24,000 bases of DNA from the NCBI GenBank assembly GCA_024134725.1, contig CP099863.1:2763258-2787257 (forward strand), given 5' to 3'. Both the position numbers and the translations under genes were made by a program. The stretch comes from Bacillus sp. 1780r2a1. GTDB taxonomy: Bacteria > Bacillota > Bacilli > Bacillales > Bacillaceae_H. The notes under the pieces are model-generated. The model was not told the DNA's origin. It worked only from the letters and a program-made list of their open reading frames with translations, and ran no database searches. Positions 15,375-22,339 of this stretch are shown here, in pieces (the first letter of the stretch is position 1; each line of letters opens with the position of its first letter).

Positions 15375-16544
15375 ATGCTGACATGGATTGCCTTAACTAC
15401 AGGTTCACTTGGTGTAATTACACTTTTGTTTTTTGTTATTAAAAAATTGGTACAAGCTTTAAAGGTTAAACAACCAGTATTTGCCCAAAATCAATTTATT
15501 GTTAAATTTAATGATGACGTTGATGAAGATACAATTGCTTCAATTCATAAAAAATATAAATGTGAAGCTTCATGTTGTAATGAAACATTAGGCTTTCAAG
15601 TGGTTACTACAGCTAAAAATATTAATAAGATGATGAAAATATACTCAGAGCTCGATGAAGTTGAATACGCAGAGCCAAACTACGTTTTTGAAGCTTCCTA
15701 TATTCCAAACGATTCGTTCTATTCCTTTCAATACGGCCCTCAAAAAGTAAGTGCTCCTTCTGCATGGGATGTTACTCAAAGCAATGCTGGCATTAGAATT
15801 GCAATACTTGATACGGGCGTCCAGCCAAATCACCCTGACCTTGCATCAAAATTAGTTCCAGGCTATAACTTTATTGATAATAACACTGACACAAATGACT
15901 TTAATGGTCATGGGACTCATGTAGCTGGCATTGCTGCAGCAACAACCAATAATGGGGCTGGCATTGCTGGTATGGCTCCTTTAGCATCAATTCAGCCAGT
16001 AAAAGTGCTTTCAAACAGTGGTAGCGGATTACTAAGCCAGGTTGCCGATGGCATTATTTATGCGGTTAACCAAGGAGTACAAGTTATTAATTTGAGTTTA
16101 GGATCTCCTCAAGACACCATTACGCTTGAAGGTGCTGTTAACTACGCGGCTAGCCAAGGCGTTGTTGTTATTGGGGCAGCTGGCAATAACGGTAGCAACG
16201 CCCTCACTTATCCTGCAGCTTACGCAAACGTCATTGCAGTTGCCTCTACAACTTCCTCTGATCAACGCTCTGTTTTTTCAAACTTTGGAACTTGGGTGCA
16301 AGTTGCAGCACCAGGCTCTAGTATTCTATCCACTTACCCTACAAGCACTTACTCTTATTTAAGCGGCACGTCTATGGCAGCTCCACACGTAGCTGGATTA
16401 GCAGCATTACTAGCATCTCAAGGACGTAGTGCTTCTCAAATTCGTACAGTCATTCAAAATACTTGTGACCCAATAACAGGTACAGGAACAAACTGGGTTT
16501 ATGGTAGAATAAATGCAGATAGAGCCGTCCGCTCTCCTCTATAG
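15375..16544 (+). CDS. thermitase-like subtilisin (S8A) serine protease with N-terminal membrane anchor and I9 propeptide
   Basis: Catalytic D (AILDTGV), H (HGTHVAGI) and S (GTSMAAPHVAG). The mature region parallels thermitase (YxPND..YGPQK..APxAWD...SGTSMAxPHVAG..LASQGRSAS.IR) as I recall it. SD AGGAGG lies upstream. Confidence 0.92.
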   Translation: MLTWIALTTGSLGVITLLFFVIKKLVQALKVKQPVFAQNQFIVKFNDDVDEDTIASIHKKYKCEASCCNETLGFQVVTTAKNINKMMKIYSELDEVEYAEPNYVFEASYIPNDSFYSFQYGPQKVSAPSAWDVTQSNAGIRIAILDTGVQPNHPDLASKLVPGYNFIDNNTDTNDFNGHGTHVAGIAAATTNNGAGIAGMAPLASIQPVKVLSNSGSGLLSQVADGIIYAVNQGVQVINLSLGSPQDTITLEGAVNYAASQGVVVIGAAGNNGSNALTYPAAYANVIAVASTTSSDQRSVFSNFGTWVQVAAPGSSILSTYPTSTYSYLSGTSMAAPHVAGLAALLASQGRSASQIRTVIQNTCDPITGTGTNWVYGRINADRAVRSPL

Positions 16545-16558
16545 AATTTAAATGAAAG

Positions 16559-16592
16559 AACCGGATTTACCAAAGGTACGTCCGGTTTTTTT
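16559..16592 (+). terminator. terminator downstream of the S8 protease
   Basis: AACCGGA / TCCGGTT form a 7-bp stem followed by TTTTTTT. The stem is modest. Confidence 0.5.
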
Positions 16593-16786
16593 GCACAAAA
16601 AAATATTTTCTTGCTAAAAGTCTTGCATTTTATGACGATATGGTAAAAAATACTTTACGGGTAAAATAATTCTTTGTACCATATATCTTGTGGTTTGTTC
16701 TGAAATTTTCAAAGGTTATCTTTGAGAATTCATAAAAATATTATTTACATACACATGACAATTTAGATTGTAAAGGAGTCTTTAAT

Positions 16787-18595
16787 ATGGCTAACACTCA
16801 GCTACAGCATCGATACGTTCATGGGTTAGATGGACTTCGAGCGCTAGCTGTTTTATTTGTATTTGCATATCATTATGGCTTTAGTTGGGCAAGCGGTGGC
16901 TTCTTAGGCGTGTCCATTTTCTTTGTTTTATCTGGATACTTAATTACATCTATTTTATTAAAACAATATGAAGAGCACCAAAAGCTGCTCCTTTCTTCGT
17001 TTTTCACAAGCCGAATAAGAAGGCTTTTTCCTGCAGCTTTTTTCATGGTTGTATGCGTAGTTGCTTGGACCGTTTTGTTCAAGCCATCTCTTTTATCTAC
17101 CTTACAAGGGGATGCCATAGCGGGATTACTCTATGTAAGCAACTGGTGGTTTATTTTTCAAGATGTTTCATATTTTGATAGCTTTCAATCGCCTTCTCCA
17201 ATAAAGAATTTATGGTCACTGGCAATTGAAGAACAATTTTATATTATATGGCCACTTTTATTACTAATTGGACTACGTTTTATAAAGAAGAAAAAGACTA
17301 TTCTTATAGTGATAAGCTGTGGAGCAATAGTATCTGCATTATTAATGGGAGCTTTATATAAACCAGGTATGGATCCTAGTCGTGTATATTACGGCACAGA
17401 TACAAGATCATTCGAATTGCTAATTGGTTGTTGCTTAGCATTCGTGTGGCCACTCTATCGCTTATCTTCTAAAAATGTCCCAAACACAGGAAAGTTTATT
17501 TTAAATGTTACGGGCCTTACAAGCTTACTGTTAGTGTTTCTATGCACTTCATTACTAACTGAATTTGCCCCGTCAATGTATCGCGGAGGTATGCTTTTAG
17601 TTAGTTTAAATGCTGCTGTCCTCGTCGCAACGATTTCACATCCTAGCAGCATAACTGGCAAACTGTTATCTTTTAAGCCGTTACGGTGGGTTGGTACACG
17701 GTCGTATGGCATTTATTTATGGCACTATCCTATCATTATATTAACAACGCCTGCTACTGAATTTGGGCAGTTCAATTATGTACATATCAGCTTACAGGTT
17801 ATAGCAACATGTCTTATTGCGGAAGTTTCTTATCGAATGATTGAGCAACCTATACGAAAAGGAGGTTTTAAAACCTTCTTTAGGCAAGCACTGCCAACAT
17901 TTAAATCACCGGCTACCTTTCGTTCTCATCTGAAAGTCGCTGTACCTATCGTATTTGCTATGGCCTTCTTATTATTTGTGCTTGGTGTTACCGGGATTTT
18001 AGAACCTAAAAAAACAGAAAGCAAACAACCTGCAGCTATTCATATTAAAACTGCAGCAAATCCAGTATCCAAAGATCATCATCTGAAACAAAAAGAATTA
18101 CCAACAAATGAACCTCACTATACTCAAGTTCTCTCAATTGGTGATTCAGTTATGCTAAACTTAGCCGATCCACTGCAAGAAACTTATCCTAATATTGTAA
18201 TTGATGGCAAAGTTGGTCGACAGCTGTCAGAAGCTTTAAACGTCGCAAAGAAGTATACTCAATATAATGAACCTTCTAGTGCAGTGATTATTCAACTTGG
18301 TACAAATGGTTACTTTACAGAAGAACAGCTAGATGAACTACTTAAACAGTTCGCAAAAGCAGATGTATACCTGGTCAACACACGGGTGCCACGACAATGG
18401 GAAACAGAAGTAAATGAGAAATTAGAAAATGCAGCAAAAGAATATAAAAACGTGGTGCTTGTTGATTGGCATACTTTAGGAACCAAACATCCAGAATATT
18501 TTACAAAAGATGGCGTTCATCTGCTTCCAGAAGGTGCCCAGCAATTAACAAAGCTCATCTATAAAGCTATGCTAAAAAGTCCACATCTCTCATAA
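16787..18595 (+). CDS. OatA-like O-acyltransferase: acyltransferase-3 membrane domain fused to a C-terminal SGNH hydrolase domain
   Basis: LDGLRALAVLFVFAYH..SGYLIT..LWSLAIEEQFY is an AT3 signature. It has about 11 TM segments and a C-terminal SIGDSVM..GTNG..DGVHL SGNH-type domain. Confidence 0.88.
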   Translation: MANTQLQHRYVHGLDGLRALAVLFVFAYHYGFSWASGGFLGVSIFFVLSGYLITSILLKQYEEHQKLLLSSFFTSRIRRLFPAAFFMVVCVVAWTVLFKPSLLSTLQGDAIAGLLYVSNWWFIFQDVSYFDSFQSPSPIKNLWSLAIEEQFYIIWPLLLLIGLRFIKKKKTILIVISCGAIVSALLMGALYKPGMDPSRVYYGTDTRSFELLIGCCLAFVWPLYRLSSKNVPNTGKFILNVTGLTSLLLVFLCTSLLTEFAPSMYRGGMLLVSLNAAVLVATISHPSSITGKLLSFKPLRWVGTRSYGIYLWHYPIIILTTPATEFGQFNYVHISLQVIATCLIAEVSYRMIEQPIRKGGFKTFFRQALPTFKSPATFRSHLKVAVPIVFAMAFLLFVLGVTGILEPKKTESKQPAAIHIKTAANPVSKDHHLKQKELPTNEPHYTQVLSIGDSVMLNLADPLQETYPNIVIDGKVGRQLSEALNVAKKYTQYNEPSSAVIIQLGTNGYFTEEQLDELLKQFAKADVYLVNTRVPRQWETEVNEKLENAAKEYKNVVLVDWHTLGTKHPEYFTKDGVHLLPEGAQQLTKLIYKAMLKSPHLS

Positions 18596-18613
18596 AGCTA
18601 TAATTCAAACCAC

Positions 18614-18649
18614 GAAAAAAGAGGTGCTAAATGCACCTCTTTTTGTTTC
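18614..18649. terminator. bidirectional terminator between the oatA-like and terC-family genes
   Basis: AAAAAAGAGGTGC-TAAAT-GCACCTCTTTTTG. Confidence 0.85.
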
Positions 18650-18665
18650 AATTATAAGCTTGCTT

Positions 18666-19373
18666 CTACTTAGAAAAAGATTGAGTCTTCTCAATGGTTT
18701 CTTCTACAGGTTGCTTCTGCATTTTACTTTGCTTCATTTTACCTGCACCAATTACAGCAGCAATGACTAGTACTTCAAAACCATACTTAACAAAACCATT
18801 TTCAAAATACGGTTGTAAGAACGGCTCACCAACAATCATTTTAGAAGCAGTCCAAGCTAGTACTGCCGCTCCAATTGTAATAATAATTGGAAATCTTTCT
18901 ACCCATTTTAAAATTAACGTACTTCCCCACATCACAATAGGAACTGAAATTAACAACCCAAGTACTACTAGTAAAAAGCTTCCATGAGCTGCACCCGCAA
19001 CTGCCAATACGTTATCCAGTCCCATTAACGCATCTGCAATAATAATTGTACGAATTGCAGCCCACATGCTATCTCCAGCCTTTACATCATGGTCTTGATC
19101 TTCAACCAAAAGCTTGTACGCAATAATAGTTAACAAGATTCCTCCAACCAAAAGCAAACCGGGAATTTCTAGTAACCAAACAACTGCTAATGTTGCAAGC
19201 ATACGAATGACGATTGCTCCAATTGTTCCCCAAATGATTACTTTTTTCTGCTGATGTTTAGGCAGTTTTCTCGCTGCTAAACCAATTACAATTGCGTTGT
19301 CGCCAGCTAAAACTAAATCAATAATAATAATAGCAAGAAGCGCTGACAAAAACTCTGCACTTAAAATGTCCAT
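18666..19373 (-). CDS. TerC family integral membrane protein (YjbE/MeeY-like)
   Basis: IIDLVLAGDNAIVIGLAA..QQKKVIIWGT and a second DALMGLDNVLAVAGAAHG repeat are characteristic of short TerC proteins. SD AAAGGAG lies upstream. Confidence 0.88.
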   Translation of the reverse strand: MDILSAEFLSALLAIIIIDLVLAGDNAIVIGLAARKLPKHQQKKVIIWGTIGAIVIRMLATLAVVWLLEIPGLLLVGGILLTIIAYKLLVEDQDHDVKAGDSMWAAIRTIIIADALMGLDNVLAVAGAAHGSFLLVVLGLLISVPIVMWGSTLILKWVERFPIIITIGAAVLAWTASKMIVGEPFLQPYFENGFVKYGFEVLVIAAVIGAGKMKQSKMQKQPVEETIEKTQSFSK

Positions 19374-19487
19374 TCTCTTTCTCCTTTATCTATCATTTCT
19401 TTAACGTTTTCTATTATAAAGGATAGAAGCGTAAATAAGTTGAAAAATTTTCAGATAAATGAAAGACAATTCTATTATCCTACTTTT

Positions 19488-19520
19488 ATAAAAAAAAGAA
19501 TGCTCATCTACAAATGAGCA
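19488..19520 (-). terminator. terminator of the 183-aa membrane protein gene
   Basis: On the minus strand, TGCTCAT-TTGTAG-ATGAGCA is followed by TTCTTTTTTTTAT. Confidence 0.75.
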
Positions 19521-19529
19521 CTCTACAGC

Positions 19530-20081
19530 TTACTGTTTAATTGTTGCTTTCATCTTGCGTGGCCAGATAAAGTAACTCATTGTAATACAAAAATCGATGG
19601 CTAACACAAGAGTCCATATTTGGAGTATACCACTTAAAGCCTCAGTTTGCTGTGCGTTATTCAAAAGGTTAATGATTACAACTAAAAGACCAGCTCCAAT
19701 TGCGTATGCTATTAAGTGTTGAAACCATCCCTTTAATCCATGTTTAGCATGTTCGAGCCCAAATCGCCTAATTGGCTTTGCTCCTTGCTTTGTCACATAA
19801 TATAAAAAACGTTCATCTGCCCATTTAATCATGCTCTTTCCAAATGCCAAAGATACCCCAATATAAATAGCTGCAATACCGTGAGCAGTCGTTGCCTTCG
19901 CACCATTATATAAATCAATCCCTGTAATAAGCAATAAAATTAAGTCAATAAATGGCGTTAACGCTAAAAAGAAAAAACCCAGTTTTTCCTTTTTAGCTAT
20001 ATACCGTGTTGTTAACCCTAACAGAATGACTATCCAAAAAGCAATTTCGCACCCTACAATCATCCAAGCAATAAAATTCAA
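19530..20081 (-). CDS. hypothetical integral membrane protein (about 5 TM), divergent from a TetR regulator
   Basis: ORF track. The start is TTG at 20081, preceded by GGGGTGGGAG; ATG at 20063 is the alternative. I recognise no family. Confidence 0.65.
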   Translation of the reverse strand: MNFIAWMIVGCEIAFWIVILLGLTTRYIAKKEKLGFFFLALTPFIDLILLLITGIDLYNGAKATTAHGIAAIYIGVSLAFGKSMIKWADERFLYYVTKQGAKPIRRFGLEHAKHGLKGWFQHLIAYAIGAGLLVVIINLLNNAQQTEALSGILQIWTLVLAIDFCITMSYFIWPRKMKATIKQ

Positions 20082-20097
20082 GCTCCCACCCCTTTTC

Positions 20098-20113
20098 TAA
20101 TACAATTGTATTA
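20098..20113. promoter_or_regulatory. operator candidate 1: perfect 16-bp palindrome TAATACAATTGTATTA
   Basis: Perfect dyad located between the predicted membrane-gene TSS and its SD. Confidence 0.55.
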
Positions 20114-20143
20114 TTTAAATGTATTTTAGCACTTCTTTTTTAG

Positions 20144-20159
20144 TAATACAACTGTATTA
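20144..20159. promoter_or_regulatory. operator candidate 2: TAATACAACTGTATTA
   Basis: Same 16-mer with one central substitution, 46 bp from operator 1. It abuts the tetR -35 and overlaps the membrane-gene -35. Confidence 0.55.
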
Positions 20160-20164
20160 TAAAA

Positions 20165-20193
20165 TTGCAACCTGCCTTTTTTATTGCTACAAT
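20165..20193 (+). promoter_or_regulatory. candidate promoter giving a leaderless tetR mRNA
   Basis: TTGCAA (20165-20170), a 17-nt spacer and TACAAT (20188-20193), then 6 nt to the ATG at 20200. There is no SD-like sequence. Confidence 0.5.
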
Positions 20194-20199
20194 AAAGTC

Positions 20200-20799
20200 A
20201 TGCCAAAATTAGTTGATCACCAAAAACGAAAAGAACAAATTGCCAAAGCAACATGGCGAGTTATTTTAAAGCAAGGTATGGAAGGCACTACTGTTCGAAA
20301 CATTGCAAAGGAAGCAAAATTATCACTAGGTTCCTTACGTCATTATTTCTCTTCTCAAGATGACCTGTTAACTTATGCCATGGAACTGGTTAAGGAACAA
20401 GCTGAACGGCGAATTATTTCAATTGCTTCACAGGACCTTCCCCCTCAAGAAAAAGTGTTAAAGATGCTGTTAGAGATTGTTCCAACTAATGATGAAAAAA
20501 TGGCTGAAATGGAGGTTTGGCTTACTTTTACAGCACATCAGAAATATAAAAATCAAGGGCCAATTGACGATGGAATCTTCTCAGGTATAAAAAAAATGAT
20601 GCTTTACTTAAAAAATGAAAATATATTAAAAGAACAGATAAACACGGACCTAGAATCAGAAAAGCTTTATGCCTTAATCGATGGGCTAGCACTGCATGCG
20701 ATGTTCGATCGTAAGCGCGTAAACAGCGAAAGAGTGGAGGCTGTTATTCGTGATTACTTGCATGGCATTTGCTCAAAACAAGAAAACGATACACCTTAA
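20200..20799 (+). CDS. TetR/AcrR family transcriptional regulator
   Basis: MPKLVDHQKRKEQIAKATWRVILKQGMEGTTVRNIAKEAKLSLGSLRHYF is a canonical TetR N-terminal HTH beginning at the 28th codon of the track ORF. Confidence 0.9.
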   Translation: MPKLVDHQKRKEQIAKATWRVILKQGMEGTTVRNIAKEAKLSLGSLRHYFSSQDDLLTYAMELVKEQAERRIISIASQDLPPQEKVLKMLLEIVPTNDEKMAEMEVWLTFTAHQKYKNQGPIDDGIFSGIKKMMLYLKNENILKEQINTDLESEKLYALIDGLALHAMFDRKRVNSERVEAVIRDYLHGICSKQENDTP

Positions 20800-20811
20800 G
20801 GTGTATCGTTT
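20784..20811. terminator. 28-bp perfect palindrome containing both convergent stop codons (hairpin, probable terminator at least for the minus-strand gene)
   Basis: AAACGATACACC-TTAA-GGTGTATCGTTT, checked base by base. The minus-strand downstream sequence is TTTTCTTGTTTT and the plus-strand downstream sequence is only CCTAAAAAT. Confidence 0.6.
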
Positions 20812-21401
20812 CCTAAAAATGCCGATTGAATCGCCGCTACGTAGCGATAAAAAGAACTTGTATACTGATTTTTTGTTAGAAAGAAGTTTGCTCTTTCTTC
20901 ATAGCTAATTTCAAGCTGTACGCCTTTTTTTTGCCTTCCTTTATTTACAACATTGTGCCTATGTGTACCTGATAATAAATGATCTTGATTAACGATTTCA
21001 GCACTAAATCCTGCTTTTTTTAACGCGTTATATACTTGCTGCTTTCTCTCTTCATCTAACCCACCGATTAGCGTATGCTTCTTCTTTTTCTCCTTGTATC
21101 CATGAATACTAAGAACATATTGAGCTTTTTTCAACATAAATAATACAGTGGGCTCATCAAAACGAGAAGATGAGATATGCAGCTTGCGATTTTGAGCACT
21201 TTTCATTCCTTCAAATAGATAATAGCTGTTTTGTTTCTCTGCAATAGCAATAGCCACTTCTGATGTTCCTTGTTCAATCCTTCCACCATGAATAGCTAGC
21301 ACTAGCAGTTCAGACGAAGTCGCTTGTGTTCTAATTCGATAATCTCTTTCAGCTTTCTCAAATCGTGATAGCTCAGCAAAATGTTTATATGTATCCTTCA
21401 T
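20796..21401 (-). CDS. poly-gamma-glutamate hydrolase family protein (PghP/YjqB-like, zinc hydrolase)
   Basis: MKDTYKHFAEL..DYRI..LAIHGGRIEQGTSEVA..LHISSSRFDEP..LSIHGY..GVQLEIS follows the B. subtilis YjqB/YmaC/YoqZ pattern as I recall it. SD AGGAG lies upstream. Confidence 0.8.
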   Translation of the reverse strand: MKDTYKHFAELSRFEKAERDYRIRTQATSSELLVLAIHGGRIEQGTSEVAIAIAEKQNSYYLFEGMKSAQNRKLHISSSRFDEPTVLFMLKKAQYVLSIHGYKEKKKKHTLIGGLDEERKQQVYNALKKAGFSAEIVNQDHLLSGTHRHNVVNKGRQKKGVQLEISYEERANFFLTKNQYTSSFYRYVAAIQSAFLGNDTP

Positions 21402-21600
21402 ATTTATCTCCTAATTGTTTTCTTACCTGTTATCCTATCACACCTTTTCTTTACCTTGTTCTTTTGCCTTTAATGTTTCTTATATAGTAAATTAATGTTC
21501 ATTTTCAAAGAGCTGAGATATAATAAAAGCCTATTTACTATTTGTTAACTTAACTGATGAAAAAAGGTGATTTCACATTAAAACGTGGATAAAAGCAAGC

Positions 21601-22230
21601 TTGCTCTTTCTATTTGCTATTGTATTAATCGTTTTTATTATTAACACTGATCTGTTTTACTCAATTCGCACTGGCGATATGGATAACATCACAGCATTTT
21701 TGCAAGAAAATTTGCTGACAACACTATTGTTTACACTAATTGCTATGTTTGTTCAAAATGCATTTACATTGATTCCCCTTGTACTAATCATTGCAGTTAA
21801 TATTAATTTACTAGGGTTAGGACTTGGATTGGTATGGAGCTGGTTTACAAGTATACTAGCAGCTGCCTGTGTGTTTTTACTTGTTCGCTATGTTTTTCAA
21901 GATGCACTATTAAAAAAAGTAAAGCCTTCTTTACTTGAAAAGATTGAAAGAAACGGAACGAGTTACGTTTTTCAAGTGCGAGTCTTTCCCTTTATTCCAA
22001 CCAGCCTTATTAACTTTGTATCAGCTATTAGTTCCATTCACTTTCGCCAGTTTTTATGGGGAACAGCATCCGGAAACCTTATTTACTTCGCCATCTTGTC
22101 TTTTTTATCTGCAGGATTATTATCGGACATGATTAATGAATATGTCATTGCAGCTATTGTCCTTTTTACTGTTGTATTTTACTATGTAGGAAAATTCATT
22201 TACAAACGTAAGCAATCTCTTGCAAAATAA
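21601..22230 (+). CDS. TVP38/TMEM64 (DedA-related, VTT domain) membrane protein
   Basis: ORF track, starting at TTG 21601. VRVFPFIPTSLINFVSAIS is the VTT-domain core. The true start is probably ATT at 21577 (see findings). Confidence 0.75.
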   Translation: MLFLFAIVLIVFIINTDLFYSIRTGDMDNITAFLQENLLTTLLFTLIAMFVQNAFTLIPLVLIIAVNINLLGLGLGLVWSWFTSILAAACVFLLVRYVFQDALLKKVKPSLLEKIERNGTSYVFQVRVFPFIPTSLINFVSAISSIHFRQFLWGTASGNLIYFAILSFLSAGLLSDMINEYVIAAIVLFTVVFYYVGKFIYKRKQSLAK

Positions 22231-22260
22231 CCAAGCACACCAAGTGCTTGGTTATTTTTT
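22229..22260 (+). terminator. rho-independent terminator of the TVP38-family gene
   Basis: AACCAAGCAC-ACCAA-GTGCTTGGTT followed by ATTTTTT. Confidence 0.8.
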
Positions 22261-22270
22261 AATAGCTTTA

Positions 22271-22299
22271 TTGTTTAATAACATTAAATAAGGTATACT
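22271..22299 (+). promoter_or_regulatory. candidate sigma-A promoter of the MFS gene
   Basis: TTGTTT (22271-22276), a 17-nt spacer and TATACT (22294-22299). Confidence 0.5.
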
Positions 22300-22339
22300 G
22301 TAAAAGTTTGGAGTTATTTAAGAAAGGAAGGCTGCTTCT

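Noticed and set aside
16638-16684. 8-bp inverted repeat ATATGGTA..(31 nt)..TACCATAT upstream of the oatA-like gene
   Set aside because: An 8-bp AT-rich repeat with a long spacer in a 240-nt AT-rich region is close to chance expectation, and there is no supporting inner pairing.
19374-19487. Looked for a yybP-ykoY Mn2+ riboswitch upstream of the TerC-family gene
   Set aside because: The leader is only about 110 nt, is AT-rich and lacks the conserved GGGGAGUAG-type core (no CTACTCCCC on the plus strand). YjbE-type TerC genes are not riboswitch-controlled in B. subtilis as far as I recall.
890-22132. Track ORFs 890-1096(+), 2217-2405(-), 2867-3076(+), 4111-4308(+), 4286-4468(+), 4742-4972(+), 7958-8359(+), 8006-8302(-), 8417-8635(+), 8959-9186(+), 9328-9510(+), 12543-12806(-), 13375-13572(-), 13441-13632(+), 14794-14991(+), 14840-15076(-), 15645-15833(-), 16126-16362(+), 16873-17118(-), 17455-17712(-), 18694-18987(+), 21935-22132(+)
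   Set aside because: Each lies wholly or largely inside a longer gene with clear family motifs, either antisense or in an alternative frame. They have low-complexity or odd composition and no SD, so they are shadow ORFs.
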